64,000 nucleotides of DNA from the human T2T-CHM13v2.0 reference genome, Homo sapiens: the NCBI RefSeq assembly GCF_009914755.1, contig NC_060933.1. One strand, written 5' to 3'. Of the stretch, positions 40,063 to 58,477 are shown one piece after another. Below the pieces are notes generated by a model. That model saw only the letters and a list, made by a program, of their open reading frames with translations. It was not told where the DNA came from and did no database searches. Made by a program: the position numbers and the translations under genes. Positions within the stretch are counted from its first letter, which is position 1; each line of letters begins with the position of its first letter.

Positions 40063-40087
40063 TTTTTTTGTTTTGTTTTGTTGGTTT

Positions 40088-40120
<33 letters not shown>

Positions 40121-40400
40121 AGACAGTCTCATTCTGTTGCCCAGGCTGGAGTGCGGTGGCACGACCTCGGCTCACTGCAACCTCCTCCTCCTGGGTTCAA
40201 GCGATTCTCATGCCTCAGCCTCCTGAGTAGCTGAGATTACAGGCGCACACCACTACGCCCAGCTAATTTTTTGTATTTTTAATAGAGATAGAGTCTTGAC
40301 GTGTTGGCCAGACTGGTCTCGGACTCCTGACCTCAGGTGATCCGCCCTCCTCCATCTCCCAAAGTGCTAGAATTACGGGCATGAGCCACCATGCCCGGCC
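40063..40400 (-). mobile_element. AluSx with a long T/(GTTTT) tail
   Basis: Dimeric Alu. TSD CCTAGGT. Confidence 0.92.
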
Positions 40401-40466
40401 ATCCCTAGGTATTTTATTCTTTATATGCAATTATAAATATAATTGTTTTCTTAATTTACTTTATGA

Positions 40467-40814
<348 letters not shown>

Positions 40815-41086
40815 TAATCTCTAGTGGTTATTTTAAAATTCAAGGTAAGAACCCCACTATTCCTCCAAATATTCTGTAGAGTGGTCTCTGTTAAGTTTGA
40901 TATACATCCTTCTACATGTTTTCCATGCATTTATATACAAACATACTTTCTTACTGTGAATAAAGTCATATACTTTGTCTAAATTTTAACTTACTATTTT
41001 ACATAATTATAGATTGTGTCTTTCTCTGCTAGTTTACTTATTTCTCTTAAATGCTGCAGAGTAACCCATCATACTGATATGCTACG

Positions 41087-41338
41087 TAGCTGACCCTTGA
41101 ACATCATGGGTCCACTTATATGCAGGTCCACGTGCAGGTCTGCTTTTATGCAGATATTTTCAACCCAACATGGATTGAAAATAGAGTACTTGAGGGATGC
41201 AAAACTTGCATAAAGAGAGAATTGACTTTTCATATACGCAGGTTCTTCAGGGCTGGCTACAGAACTTCAGTATGTGAGGATTTGGGTATTTGCAGGCAGT
41301 CATGGAACCAGTCCTCCTTGTATATCGAGGGATGACTG
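41087..41338. mobile_element. MER8-like (Tigger2 derivative) MITE
   Basis: AGCTGACCCTTGAACA...GGAACCAGTCCTCC...ATCGAGGGATGACTG|TA. Confidence 0.75.
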
Positions 41339-41499
41339 TACTTTGTTTAAGGCTTTATTTTAATGATCATTTAGTGTGGTGTTGGTGTTTTATAGTATAA
41401 ATAATGCAACAGTTAACAATTTTATACCCACATCAACGTATGTCCATGTAAGTCTTTAAGGTAATAAGAATTGCTGAGGCAAAAAAAATTACCTTAAAT

Positions 41500-41870
41500 T
41501 TTTTTAAAGTTTTGTGTTAGGCATAACACATAATTTACTATCTTAACTGTTTTTTTAATTGCACAATTCAGTAATGTTGTTTACATTCACATTATTGCGC
41601 AACCAGTCTCTAAAACTCTTTTTCATCTTTCAAAACAAAAGCGCTATATCTGTTATACAACAACTCCCCACCCCCCTCTTCCCCTGGCAGCCATTCTACT
41701 TTCTGTCTCTGTAATTTTGACTATTCTAGGTACCTCATAAGTGGAATCACACGCTGTCTGTCTTTTTGTGGCTGGCTTATTTTACCCAGTGTAATGTCCT
41801 CAAGGGTCATCTATGTTGTAACATGTGTCCAAATTTCATTCCTTTCTAAGGCTGAATAATATTCCATTGT
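41500..41870 (-). mobile_element. L1MB 3' UTR fragment
   Basis: CATTCTACTTTCTGTCTCTG...CCTCATAAGTGGAATCACAC...AAGGCTGAATAATATTCCATTGT. Confidence 0.8.
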
Positions 41871-42569
41871 AGCATCACATTGAGTAATTAAATGCTTGGA
41901 AAGAAAGAAGAAAAAGAAGGGTATGTCTGACTCTTTTCATTCCCATACAATGTGGTAACATACGTAATAATCTAAATAGAATATAAATAAATAAAATGAA
42001 GTCCTTTTAGGTATGTGTATGAGCTATATAAACAGGTATTTTTAAATGCATTGTGGATCCAACTTCATATTAGTAGGTGAGGAAACAACTAGTAGCACAT
42101 AAATGCTTCTTGGGCTTCTTGCACACTTGCCCTCCATACACCTCACCTCATGCCCAACATAACTTTCATTATCCCTCCACCCATTGCTGGCAGTCATTTT
42201 TAAATAGCTTTGGATTTTATGCCAAAAGATCTTCTACTTGTTGACAGATTCTGTGAATACCCAGTGTTCGCTTCTTTTGCACTTTCCAAGAAAGATGAGT
42301 TTGGGAATTTGCTAACATGTTCTAAAGTTAAAGCTTTTTGTTCTGGGATAACTGAAAAGTTTAGTTATCCAAAAGGCAGCCCACCTTCATTTTTCAGGAG
42401 GGTCACTGTGATGTTCTGTCTTTCTGAGTCTCATGTCTCATACCTTTCTGTGCTCTGTCATAATTAACTAAAGCAGAAGGAGGGAGATCCTTTTGTAAAA
42501 TGCCCAAAGAAAAGAAAGCCAGATGGAAGTGAGGAGTAAGAGTAACCACAGTTGCTTTCCTCTTCCATC

Positions 42570-43400
42570 AGTCTTTAAAAACTTTTTATTTTGAAATAAT
42601 GTTAGATTTAGAGAAATGTTGCAAAGGTAGTACGGGGCTCCCATACCCTTCACTCAGTTTCTCCTAATGTTGTTATCTTACATAACCATATTGAACTATC
42701 GTTAATATAATTATCAAAATTGGGAATCTAAATTGGTCTAATACTTCCAGCTAAACAACAGACCTTACTAGCATTCTATCCAGTTTTCCGCTATCCTTTC
42801 TTTATGTTCCATGATCCAATCCAAGATCCACATTGTATTGAGTAGTTCTGACTCTTTAAACTCCCACAGTTTGTGACAGTTCCTTGTCATTCCCTGTCAG
42901 TTATTTCTGGTTAGTTATTTTGTGGAATGACTAGATTTGGGGCTGTCTGATGTTTCCTAGTGTTTACCTTTAAGTTATGCTTTTTTTTGTTTTGAAAGAA
43001 GACCACAAAAGCAATGATGTATCTTTTTTATTGCCTCATAACTGGTTACTTGATGTCAGTTTCCCTTATTGCTAGTGCTATTCGTGTGGACTCATCATGG
43101 ACAGTTACTTCATTCTGTGGGTTATAACCCAATATTATCATCATTATTTTCTTCTTCAAATTATTCTAGCTTTGGCCACTGGGAGCTCCTTCAGGCTGAC
43201 TCTGATGTCCTTTTGACATGCTTCCATCTTTTTTCAAGTACTTCCTCACATTATGGCATCCCCTGATGCTCTAGGCTAATCTTGTATTTTCCTTGCCCTA
43301 CTTTTGGAATCAGTCACTTCCCTAAGGAGCCTGGGTCCTTTTACTGGACAATGGTGTTTAGAAACCAATATCTGAGTACCAGACGTGCACATTGCAACTG
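42570..43400 (-). mobile_element. L1MC/MD-type 3' fragment
   Basis: TTTATTTTGAAATAATGTTAGATTTAGAGAAATGTTGCAAAGGTAGTAC and TTGGCCACTGGGAGCTCCTTCAGG. Confidence 0.75.
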
Positions 43401-43645
43401 GGGTGGCTTTTTGTCTTCCATGAGTTTTATGGTGAGCTCTTTCCTGTGAACATGGTTGTACCAGGTCTGAAACTCGTTTTTAACACTTCTAGGTAGTCAG
43501 TCACTTTGATGTAAAGTCATTTTGATCACTTAATGTTGAGTTGTTAAAATCAATGCACATACCCTGTAGAAAAATAGGTTCTTTATCAATGGAATAGATT
43601 AACTTTTTGTGGAAAAATACTTTTACATTGATAGGATAGCATTAG

Positions 43646-44026
<381 letters not shown>

Positions 44027-45141
44027 CCCATTCCATATTTTAATGAGAATATCTTTTGGTTAGTTATAGAGGTAAATACCTGGATTTACAATGTGTAACT
44101 ACAGATTCATCATCCTATAATAAAGTAACTCTTTTTGCATAAACTTTTGATAAGTTATTTTTGTCCTTATAATTTTATGTGTGAAGTCTTTACGGTCAGA
44201 GGACATTGACAAAATATTTTAGATTGAAAGCCTGTTCTCCTTGATGATTCAGTATAACTTCTTTTGACTGCGCTTTTAGTTCTTGCAAAATAGATCTTGT
44301 TTAGATGAGATTCCAGCATGACTCCTTTGTAATTTTTCATATTTTTGCTATTACATCTCAACTCTTGAAGAGCTATTTCTGTGAAAACCAAACATGCAGT
44401 CAAGGCACATTCCACGTGTGGCTGATGGGGTTATCATAGTTACAAATCATATTTATCCACAGTGATAATTATCTTCCTTAGCGTTTTGTTCTACTTCAGA
44501 GCTCATTTGTGGGCCTTACCACCTGTTTCTTACATATGGGGAAAGAGTCTCTTATTCTCTTTTGGAATATAGATCTAAGAGTAGATTTATATCAGGATTT
44601 GAAAGATGAATCTTTTTCAAGGATGTTTTTCCTCTGGACCGTGGCATTGTGTAAGAAATTTCCCTACTCATCCCATCCCTGGGGCACATTAATTTGGAGA
44701 TGATGTTAAATGTGTCAGAGTGTGGCACAAATCTCAACTGGCAGATAAAGCCTAGTATTGAATTGTTTTCAGTTCAGAAACGTGGCTGGCTGACTTTGAC
44801 CCTGAATGTGTAAATTATCTTTGCAGCAATAAGAACTTGAAGTAGCTTTGATAGCTAATCATAGTATGATAACTCAGCCAGAAGAATTCACTAAGAGCAG
44901 TTTGTGTGTCTTCCATCTAATGTAAAGGTTAGTAATGTAAGTCATATTCTTGGTGCCTTTAGACCTAGTTATGCAGAGAGACATCACATTGACATTCAGT
45001 AATTCTTACTCTTAACAGTTCCTTAACTCTAAAATCATCTTTTTCCTTACCTTTCCCTAGTTCTAGAACAGCAAAATATTTTACTTAGATTCTATCATTA
45101 ATTAATATACTCGTTTGAATTTTTCTCTTCTAAAAAATGTA

Positions 45142-45462
<321 letters not shown>

Positions 45463-45743
45463 TTACCATGCTTGGTTTCTTTGTCTTTGTTTTTTCATTC
45501 ACTTTATGTTTGGGGAGGAGAATGGAGTGTCAGTGATTTCAGCAAAAAGTTGGGGTACCAGTTCATAATAAATTAGTGTCTAAGATTAATGTTACAGCTG
45601 ATATTCAAAGTACCAAATACGTTATTGTTCTGATTATTCTGGTCCTTAAATTTGTCTCTTTCCTGGAGACGTGGTAAACAATAATGATGATTCTAATAAT
45701 GACCATTTATTGAATGAGCACTATGTGTCAGACATTGTACTGG

Positions 45744-46431
<688 letters not shown>

Positions 46432-46491
46432 ATTGGGCAATGTCTGACAGTTTGCAAATACCATCTCATTTGTTTTTAATAGAAACCTCCT

Positions 46492-46816
<325 letters not shown>

Positions 46817-46859
46817 TCACTCTCAGATAGTAAAGCATTTGCTTAGCCATATGTTAAGC

Positions 46860-47400
46860 TCTGAATTCAGATGAAGGGGCATCTAAAACAGGCAGAGAGC
46901 ATCAGGAAGGGCTTCCTGGAGGAGAAAGTGCGTACACTCAGTCTTTAAGAGCACGTGGGAGGAAAAACCAGTGAAGTCCTCCTGCTGTAGACAGAATGAT
47001 CAGCCTGGGCAAAGGTGTAGAGGGGTAAGAGAGCGTTAAACATGAGGCAGCTGTGTAATATTGTTTCCTGTAATCTCTTCTGTACAGGTGGAGAGGTAGC
47101 AAGAGACCCAAATGATGAATGGCTGTGAGTGCCATGCCATAGCAAAATTCTGGGTTTTAAAAGAGAATAAGCATGATCAGGCTGGGGATGTTGAGGAGGG
47201 GAAAGAAGGGGGATAGAGATGGAGACCACCCAGTGGCCCGCTCTCCCTCAGTGCTTTGGATTATGGGGAAATGAACAGAGAGCCACTGTGCCCAGATTTT
47301 ATTATGGGTTGAGCAGTGATCAAGATGGGAGAGAGAAATGGTAATGGGACTAACTGGCCCATACACCAGATGGCATTTGAGGGGAAGGCCGGGTCTGTGT
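46860..47400 (-). mobile_element. L2 fragment
   Basis: GCATCAGGAAGGGCTTCCTGGAGGAG...GCAAAGGTGTAGAGG...AATAAGCATGATCAG antisense L2 pattern. Confidence 0.6.
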
Positions 47401-47609
47401 TGTCAGGGGGCCCTGTGTTCTGACTCCCTTCCCATTAGAATAGGTGGTGATTAAACAAGCTATGCCACACCCTAAATTCTGGTTCTGGGTTTTACTATTC
47501 AGTCAGTTTTATCAAATTAAGATGATCATGTCTTCCCTTCTGAAAAATTATAGGGGAAGAAAAACCATAGAACTTTCCCCCAGTATATAGCATTGAATTA
47601 CACATATTC

Positions 47610-47611
<2 letters not shown>

Positions 47612-47649
<38 letters not shown>
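47612..47649. repeat. (AC)19 microsatellite
   Basis: Uninterrupted AC run. Confidence 0.95.
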
Positions 47650-47650
<1 letters not shown>

Positions 47651-47730
47651 ACTCACACATATATACGTACATACATATATAATAGAATTTTTATATAATA
47701 TGTAAAATTTTAAAAATATATATTTTTAGA

Positions 47731-48032
<302 letters not shown>

Positions 48033-48615
48033 ATATATGTGTGTGTTTTATAAACCTATAAAATATGTGTGTGTGTGTGTGTATATATTTATATATTTAT
48101 ATATATTACATATATATATATGTTTAGAAAATAAAAGATGCAGTATGTCAGTGCTTTCTTATGACAGTTGCAGCTACAAAGGAAGATTAAAGCTTTTTAA
48201 AAAGTAGAATTTTTATCTGTTTGTGGAGAGGACTGAAACCAGTAAGCTCTTGAAATGTTTTCATCCTCTCATCAAATATATATGGACCTGCCATATGCCA
48301 GGTACTGTTCTTACTACTGTGGAAATAGCAGAAAGGAAAAACAAAGTCCCTGCTCTCAGAAGGTTTAGAATGAGATAAGGCAGGCTACTGAGTTGGCTTA
48401 AAAACTAAGAGGAAACTAGTGAAGTGTAGTTGCCCGTTCACATTTTTATTTTTTTAAGTATTTTATGCCCACGGAAAACTGTGGGACTGGGACTTGAATT
48501 CTAATTTTATGTTTTCTTGGGTTATTCTTTAAAACAGGGTCTTAGACTAGTAATTAATACAGTGTCACTCTCTTTCACCTTCCTCAATTCCTTTGCATGC
48601 TTGTTAGGTCATTCA

Positions 48616-49223
<608 letters not shown>

Positions 49224-49484
49224 TTACTATGCTGGGAGGAAATAATATGGTGTGGTAACGATTTTAGGCAAAGAAAAAAAGCGCCGAAATGGATGTGGTG
49301 GTAAAATTAGGCCAATCTTTTGGAAGCACCTTAGCAACCTCCTTTCATGTTCTTGGTACCTTTACCTGGTTGTATTGTAATGTTCATTTTTCCTTGTGAA
49401 CATCTCTCTGTGTGTGTGTATGTGTATAATTTATCTAGTACCATGGAATCTTTGAAGGAAAGACTAAAAAACTTTCAGAATTAT

Positions 49485-49786
<302 letters not shown>

Positions 49787-50799
49787 AAAACTTTCAGAAT
49801 TATAACAATAAGTTTCATTTGTTGTATAGCACATTCTACGTGACCATAGACCAACTCTCCTTTATCAATATTTGTGTATTCTCTTAAAGAGCTAAAAGAA
49901 ATCATTTTTTAAAAATTCTTTATATCTAATGTTGGCCAATGTTACCTATAAGAAAAGATCATTGTTTCAGAGCATGTGAGATGAAGATGATTGACTTTAG
50001 GGCATTTACATGTGGGAACTGTCAAGGTAGTTGAAGTTTACAAGAGTGGGCTCTCTCTCTAGTCACTTCGGGAGGAATGCCATCATCAGGACATCATCAC
50101 GACTGACTGATTTGGTCAGTCTGTCTTTCATCAAGTCAGGGAGATAAACAGAATTGAAAAATTGTTCACAAAGGTTGTCAGTTATTAGGGTGTGGCTGAC
50201 GAACCACACCTGAAGAGCTACCTAGATGAAGGCAACTCACAGAGTTACTTAACAACCTCCACCCCAGTTGATGGTCCAGAGTGTTTCCAAGGGAGGTGAA
50301 CTAAGCCAATGTTGAGACTGAGTGGGATAAGGCCATGGTGACATGCATAATAGATGCATTCATACACATTGCTTCAATAGAGCATTTTCTTGGATGGAAG
50401 CATGGGAAATAACACATGGGCGTATACTCACGCTTGTTGTTAGCTTTCGGGGTCACTGCTGATATCCTTCCTTGTTCAGTTACCCTTTGGGACTTGAACT
50501 CCTGCAAGATCGTTGAAAATCTTCATGTTCTCAGAACTCAAAGGGAAGAAGACTTGACCCCTAACCCTTCAGAAAGCTGGCTGAAAAAAAAAAAGATTGT
50601 CCATAAATAGCAATTGGCTTTACCTAGTATTATTTACCACATTATTAAACTGCTAATTGCAGTGGTGTTTTTATAATGCCACTATATTATTTTAATTTAG
50701 AAAACATTTTATAAGTTTATTGTTTGTAAATTAAATAGATTTGCTTAACAGTTCTTTGGGAATTCCTTAAACTTTATTGCTAGCTACAAGTCCTTTTTA

Positions 50800-51125
<326 letters not shown>

Positions 51126-53157
51126 GAATAGACTCAATAGACATTGATCCTGCTAACATATTTTGCCTTTTAATCTATTGGTACTTCTTTTATTCCCTTT
51201 AAAGTTAATTCTAAATAAAGGAGAAGTATCTTAATTTGGTTAATATCATAGTTTGGAACTATGGCAAAATTATTTTTTCTCAGGCTACTTTCTAGTAAGT
51301 ATTTTATATTTATTCACTAAAGAAAATTTTTAAAATTTCAAATTACGTAGAATTGTACCACTCTCACATAGAAATGTTTTTATCTTTCTTATACATATAT
51401 TTATGTGGTTTGATTTTTATTTGGAATGCTTGTTTTACTTGAGGTGTCAGGACTTTCCACTCATTTATGAAGCCTTTACAATTATAATGATAAATACTGT
51501 TACATTAATGTACAATAATTTATAAAACTGACTTTCTCATGTTTAAAATTTAGATCGTGTCTAATTCTTTGCTACTTTAAGTATCATTGCAGTGAAATCT
51601 TCAGGCCATAATAAGTTACTTCCTTGCGATAAGTTCACAGGAATAACTAGATTAAAGGTATGAATACATTTTAATTTGGTTGAACACTTACGTTTATCAA
51701 AAACTCTTTACAAAAGTAACACAATTATCCTAATAAATTAGAATATTAGAAGTATATAAGATGAAAAAACATTCTCACTGAACTTCAGTCCTGCTCTCCA
51801 AAGTGAACCATGATGAGACCTTAAGCAAATGTTATATATAATGAGAAAAGATAGTCCTGAAGAATTGAGTGATATGGAAGTGATAATGGTGTACTATATG
51901 GGTGAAAAAATAAAGTACTGGTTTAGATACATGATTTAAGAAATAGAATCCTGACAGTTCCCTCTGTGGATAAGCCATAGAGGTGTCCAGTGTTGGTTTA
52001 ATATAGCAGCTGGTTTGACCGAGTACCCTCTGCTGCGTCAGGTAATGTTAAATGATGTCCATGCCCCCTTGACTCTGATCAAGACATGGCTACAACCTGC
52101 AGTTTCCAGCTTTCCTGGGTTTAAGGGCCATTGAAGAATCCTTGTAGATAAGAGAAGAATTGTACATTCCAGGAACTGGAGGCATAGCTAGCCTTGGAAA
52201 GCTCGGAGGGTTAGTTGAGACAGCTTTAGACTTGCACATCTGTGACCTGAGTATCTTTGAGACTTGATTTCATCTTCTAGACCCAGAGGCAGAGATCATG
52301 TTTGTGGTTATTTTTCTGGGAACTGAGACTGGGCAAAGGGAAAGAGGCCAGTACGCAAGAGTGCTGTTTATAAATGGTTAACATCGTCCCCAGTCCCGTA
52401 GAAGAAGAATGAAATGGTATTCTCCTGTTTGGTGGTTTTATTTGATTGTTTTTGAATTCTTTGTCTCTGACAGAAGGCATCTTCTGTATCCTTTATGTTG
52501 TCACTCACTTTATTACTCTGGCATTATTATAATTAGGTTACCTTATCACTCCACCTGCCAGCCCTATCTCCATCCCCAAGACCTGAAGGGACGGTTGGCT
52601 TGACATGTGAGGAGGTTTTTTGGCCTTCAGAGATGTCGCTGTCAGCCCCCTGAGTTCCATTTGTTAGTATTGGGTCCAGCCCACAGCTTTCTACTAAAAA
52701 CAACAGGCAAACTAAAGAATCTTTTAGTAAGTCACAGACAATTGTCACTGAACCAAGAGCCCAGCCCACGGGGCCAGTTCCTCACCGACTCTATGCCTTA
52801 ATTTCCAATGTGTAAGCTTGGATGACTACACTTATCTCCAGGATTCAGTGTAGGACATAGAAAAAAGTACAGGACTCAAGTAATGATTGAACTTGGAATA
52901 AAAACCTTAAGGCCCATGTCCTCTGTCTCTCATGCTTTTCAGATGTGTCTTAGTGCCTGCTCCTTGCACAGAAGCTGAATCCAAACAAGCCACTGAGGAA
53001 GTTACATTTCACTTCACTTCTTAATAACATAGGTATGTCGATCCCATTAGATAGGAGTGTGTCTAAAATTCAGAACCTTTGACACTAATTATCTGACTGT
53101 CAAATGACAGTGTCATTCTATTTTGCAGGCATTTTTGATAGTTTATCTTCCCAGTAA

Positions 53158-53484
<327 letters not shown>

Positions 53485-54833
53485 GACCATCTAACTCTTA
53501 TGTGCCCTTGCCTGTACATATAAAAGTACATTTAAAAATAGGATTGGCTTTCATTTGCATAATGAACACACATATTACCCATAGTACCTCCCACACAAAG
53601 CCACCTATGCCTCTTAAATTGCACTTTGTTAATAGGAAACTATCTGTTGTTTTGTGCTTTTGGCAGCTGTAGAGAAAATACACAAAGCCAGGTGTTGTGG
53701 CTCTTGGGTAAGACTGAGAATGTGATTTTTGCAATCTGTGTTTTTTTAATAGCCAGTTATTGGAGATAAGAAAGAGAAATTCAGTACAAAGTCTAAGATG
53801 TCCCAGTGATGCACTCTGACTGGGTGTCATTATCTCAACAGGAATGAATGTAGTTCAACAGTATGTAGGCCCGGTTTCTTAGACATGATGTCTGCTGAAA
53901 TGGTGATAAGGTATCCCACATTATCGGTGTTTTTTTGAAGACAGCCTTTAGGGTTTCAGTGTCATCATCTTTATGCCTTTTGCTAAAACAGTTTATGTTC
54001 TGCCTTTTAGTAAGCCTTTATGTTAAAAACGTTTCATATTAAAAAAAGTTATCATTTGGAATACATAGGTCAACTATCTAGGAATGGGACAAAGTACAGA
54101 AACAATGAGACAGGATTTGTGGGATGAGAAATTAAAAAAGCAGTCCCTTCAGCTGAAGAAGCTGCTTAGAAATTTAAGCCGGACATCTCAGGCGGCCATA
54201 CTGGAATGGAATGTGGAAAAGGTAGCAGTTATATGTGAGCAATACCTTTGACTGTGACACTCTTTCGAACCCCAGTTTAGACCAGCAGCAGCTCTCCTAA
54301 TGGGGAGTCAAGAAGTAGTAAGAGACCCTAAGAGTCATATAAGACACAAATCACCTTTGCCTGTGATATTTGCCATACATATGCCTATGGTTACATGCAG
54401 AGGATCCCAACAGGAGCATCATACACACAGCAAATAACACTAATGTGTTTTATTTATATGTACCAAATTAAAGGGGCATACAAAATAAAATTTTTAAATG
54501 AGTGGGTGAAGATATTGGGACAGAAGGAAGATATCAAGAGGAGGAAATATGGAGTAAAGATAGAGGTAGCATGTACTGTAAAAGATCTTGTAAGTAGACC
54601 AGAATAGGCCAGTAATTTGGCTCCATGCTTCCTAGCAGCCAAGGCAAAGAAGTAATTGTGACCAGATACATAGTTCACAGCATCTTTAAGATTCAGTAAG
54701 CTAGCAACTCAAGAAAAGCACAAGTAGTCACCATATAGGGACAAGTGGACCATGCTGTGAACAGCACACTAGATAGCAAGTACAGCTGTAACAATCGTTG
54801 CTGGAGATAGAGCAGAGCTTCAGTCCTTTATGA

Positions 54834-55035
54834 CAAGCTTGTCCAACCCATGGCCCACAGGCTGCATGTGGCCCAGGACAGCTTTGAATGCAGCCCAACA
54901 CAAATTTGTAAACTTCTTAAAACATGAGATTTTTTTAAAGCTCATAAGCTATCATTAGTGTTAGTGTATTTTATTTGTGGCCCAAGACAATTCTTCTAGT
55001 GTGGCCCAGGGAAGCCAAAACGTTGGACTCCCCTG
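54834..55035 (-). mobile_element. MER30 hAT-Charlie MITE
   Basis: CAAGCTTGTCCAACCCATGGCCC...GGCCCAGGGAAGCCAAAACGTTGGACTCCCCTG. Confidence 0.88.
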
Positions 55036-55980
55036 CTGTATGGAAAATCGAATTTGTTTACATTCTCCTGTTGTATTCATTTTTGAAATTTTGCTAATTC
55101 CTAAAAGGAATCCACAGAGAGCAAACTCTCTATTACTAACTTTTTTCCTCTTCTCAATGTAAATTAAGTAGTATTTCAAATGAGATTAAAAACAGGATAC
55201 TTCTTGAACTTTACTTTAAAAATACAGGTTCATGAGCCCCTTAAGTTTTGTGACTTTCTGTTGTAAAAAAGACTGTATTCACTAGATGGCAGTGTCACCA
55301 GCCTTTTGGGAAGTTAAATATGAGTGTGACTGTCCTAAGTACTAAACATGGGTAAAAGTAGGAAGACCATTTAACTGAGCATAAAGGATCTCATTTCTGC
55401 GCCCTACAGGAAAGAGTAGTTCTCCTTTTTCTCCTCCCCTCTTATTTGAGGCCGGGAAGAAGGCGCTGTGCATAGCGCTCCAAGCATCTCTGGGTGGCAC
55501 TGGAGGGCCATTTTTCACAAGGAGCAAGTCGGCCAGCAGAGTGCTCAGTTCTTGGTCATGCCAGTGGCTGCAGGGTTTCCAGCCACTTGTCCTTGCTTCT
55601 TTGTTTCTGAACTTTCAGTCCGGGGCAGGAGTTACTGACAAGAGTTCACAAACCAGCTGTGAGATAATGGTGTATTGATAAGGTACAAAAGTGTGTTTAG
55701 CAGATGGGGATAATTTTTCGACCCTCAGTGTTTGTTTAAATTGTTTCTAGCATGAAAGCAATATGATCTCTCTCAGGAAATGAGATTGTTTTCTCTATTC
55801 AGGTAATAGGATCTTTTACCCATTTCCATCTTTGAGGAGTGATTATATACTTCTGCAGTTTTTTTAAATGAAAAAGATTTATTTTTAAATCATACTGGCA
55901 TAAAGTTAATGGTATTTTGTTAAATTTTAGGATTTTTACAGCATATCTTGGCTGACACTGATCTTGGTCCTATCCTAGTG

Positions 55981-56194
55981 GCAATCTCTTAACAGTTGTG
56001 CTGCTGGTGTTATGAGTAGGACAGTTCCTCATTGTGTGGGACTGTCTCGTGTGCGGCAGGGTATTCTGCATTCCTGGCCCTTGCCCACTAAATGCCGGAA
56101 GTGCCCCTCAGACATGACTGCCCAGTAACACTCCCATGCATTTCCGTGTGCCTCCTGGGGTGGGGCCAGTACTCTCTAGTGTTGAAAACTGCTG
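55981..56194 (-). mobile_element. MER20-like hAT-Charlie element
   Basis: GCATTCCTGGCCCTTGCCCACTAAATGCC...GTTGAAAACTGCTG. Confidence 0.7.
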
Positions 56195-56430
56195 GGCTAG
56201 AGATTTTGGTGTAGGTTGTGGGCCTTGTGGATTTAGTGAACATGATCTTTTAAAGAAATGTATATAAATGTACTTTATATTTTTAAAAAATCACTACAGC
56301 CCATCACCTTAAACTTCTGCTCATTCATATTTATATATGTATTCTGATTGTGATTACTCCTACATACAATTCTTAATATAGTACAAAATTGTACATATAT
56401 AATTTTATGGTACCCATCCCCCCCCTGCCC

Positions 56431-56701
56431 TTTTTTTGAGACAGGGTCTCAGGCTGGAGTGCAGTGATGCAATCATGGCTCACTGCAGCCTCCGTTTCCT
56501 GGGCCCAAGCAATTCTCTTACTCAGCCTTCCGAGTAGCTGGTACCAAAGGTGTGCGCCACCATACCCAGCTAATTTTTAATTTTTTGTAGAGGGTCTCCC
56601 TGTGTTGCCCAGACTGGTCCTGAACTCCTGGCCTCAAGCAAGTCCTCCTGCATTGGCCTTCCAAAGTGCTGGGATTATAGTCTTGAGCTACCGCGCCTGG
56701 C
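56431..56701 (-). mobile_element. AluJ
   Basis: GAGACAGGGTCTC, CTGGCCTCAAGC and GTTGCCCAG. Confidence 0.88.
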
Positions 56702-58089
56702 ATAGTATCATCTTTTTGATACCAACATACTATAAATATATTTTATTGCATTTTATTTGAAACTGTTAATAGACACATAATTTGCTGATGAATTGTATTC
56801 TTTGCTCTTTTAGTCCATCTGGCATCATATGCTCTTCCTTTTTGCTAGAATTCCCTCTTTTTTTCTTTCTACAGAAGTATCACTGGGTGGGAGAAAGCCT
56901 TACCTGTGATGGTTTGAGTACCCACATTTTAAAATTATGCTAGTTAAGAAGAGGGGGAATAATGTTGTTTCTTTTCTCTTTTTCTTATCAAATAGACTAA
57001 AAAGGCTACTCAAGGGCTGGAATTTGATTCCCACTTGTTCTTGTGGTACCTAGCACAGAGTCAGTCCCATAGTATATCCTTTAGGTAAAGACTTAATTAA
57101 TTGGTGTGCTTTCAGTTTATTTTCCCTGGTTGGTCTTTGCATTTGTCCAGTTAACACCAGCTTCTGGATATTAGATCACCATAAAGTCCAAGACATGAAG
57201 AACAAATGTTATATATTCTCTTTGACATTTAAAGACAGAAGATAGTGGTAGAGGAGATCCCAAGTGATACCTAACCTAGCTAAAGACCCATGAGGAATGA
57301 AAGAACGAACAGGGAAAACAACTGCTGAATCCAGGTGGAAAAATGCTGGCCTACTTCTGGTCCTTGGTATGCCAGGATCCAAAGGTGGTGCCAGCTGATA
57401 GCATATGTTCAACAGCTGTGTTGATGCCATTTGCCTGCCCAGACAAGCCTCTTGAGGCATGAAAGCCTAAGGAAGGTTTCTCATATTAAGGATCAACAGG
57501 GACTCTTCTGTATCCGTCCTACCAGTGTCACCTCCCCACCCAGCATCAGCCGAGCACCACATCCACTGAAGCTCAATAAAGAAATGTTTAATGCTGAAGA
57601 GTTTCAATCAACAAGATGAAATTTTCAGGTTTAGGTAAACTTAGGAACTGGCTTGGGTTACTAGACTTCCAAATTTTATCCGGTCCTACCTTATTGCATG
57701 ACATAACCGTGAGGACTAAAGTGAAGGCTTTTCAGCAGTCACTTCAGTGAGTCCTCAGCATTTAGGTGATACTGTATCAACTCGTGTCTGAAGCAACTTG
57801 GATTTAAGATAGTAGATCTTGTGCTGATTATTAGAATGGACATCCTGAACACCACTTAAATTACCATCAAACTGCATAGCCAGATCTTTAATTTACGAAA
57901 CCTCTATTTTGTCACTTCTCCAAGCTGTCATTTAAGCTAAAAGCTGCTGTCTTTACACATATAAATCAAAGAAATATTTCATTTATATTCACTTGATACC
58001 TACCAAATTTCACCACTGGAATTTCTGAATACTTTATATCCTCTATCCTTCCATCCAGGCTTGGCTTTACTAAGTGTCCTTTCTAAGCC

Positions 58090-58477
58090 ACTCATTATCA
58101 ATCAAGATAGTAATTATTCTGCAAGACCCCAAATCTCAGTGGCTTTCAACAACACACACTGATTTTTTTACTCATATGCTACACGTCCATTATTTGTCAG
58201 CTGCAGCTGTGTTCAGTGTTGACCTCAACCTGTGATGGAGCAGCCTCTGCTTATGTCGCTGCTGTTCTTTATAGCAGAGGAAGGAAAGAAAGCAAGGCAA
58301 AGTTCCACACTAGCCCTTAAAACTTCTTCCTGGAAGTGAGACATGGTATTTCTGCTACCACTTCATTGGTTAAAGCAAGTCACAATGCCACACCCGAGTT
58401 GAGTGAGGGTGGGGATATGTGATTCTTCCTTAGGAAGGAGCAGGAAATTTTGGTGAATAGTAATGTAATCTACCACA
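58090..58477 (-). mobile_element. MLT1 (J/K/L-type) ERVL-MaLR LTR
   Basis: CCCCAAATCTCAGTGGCTT...CATTGGTTAAAGCAAGTCACAATGCC...AATCTACCACA. Confidence 0.75.

Noticed and set aside
44241-44310. TGATGA box C-like motif suggesting a C/D snoRNA
   Set aside because: No matching box D (CTGA) with a terminal stem at a plausible distance.
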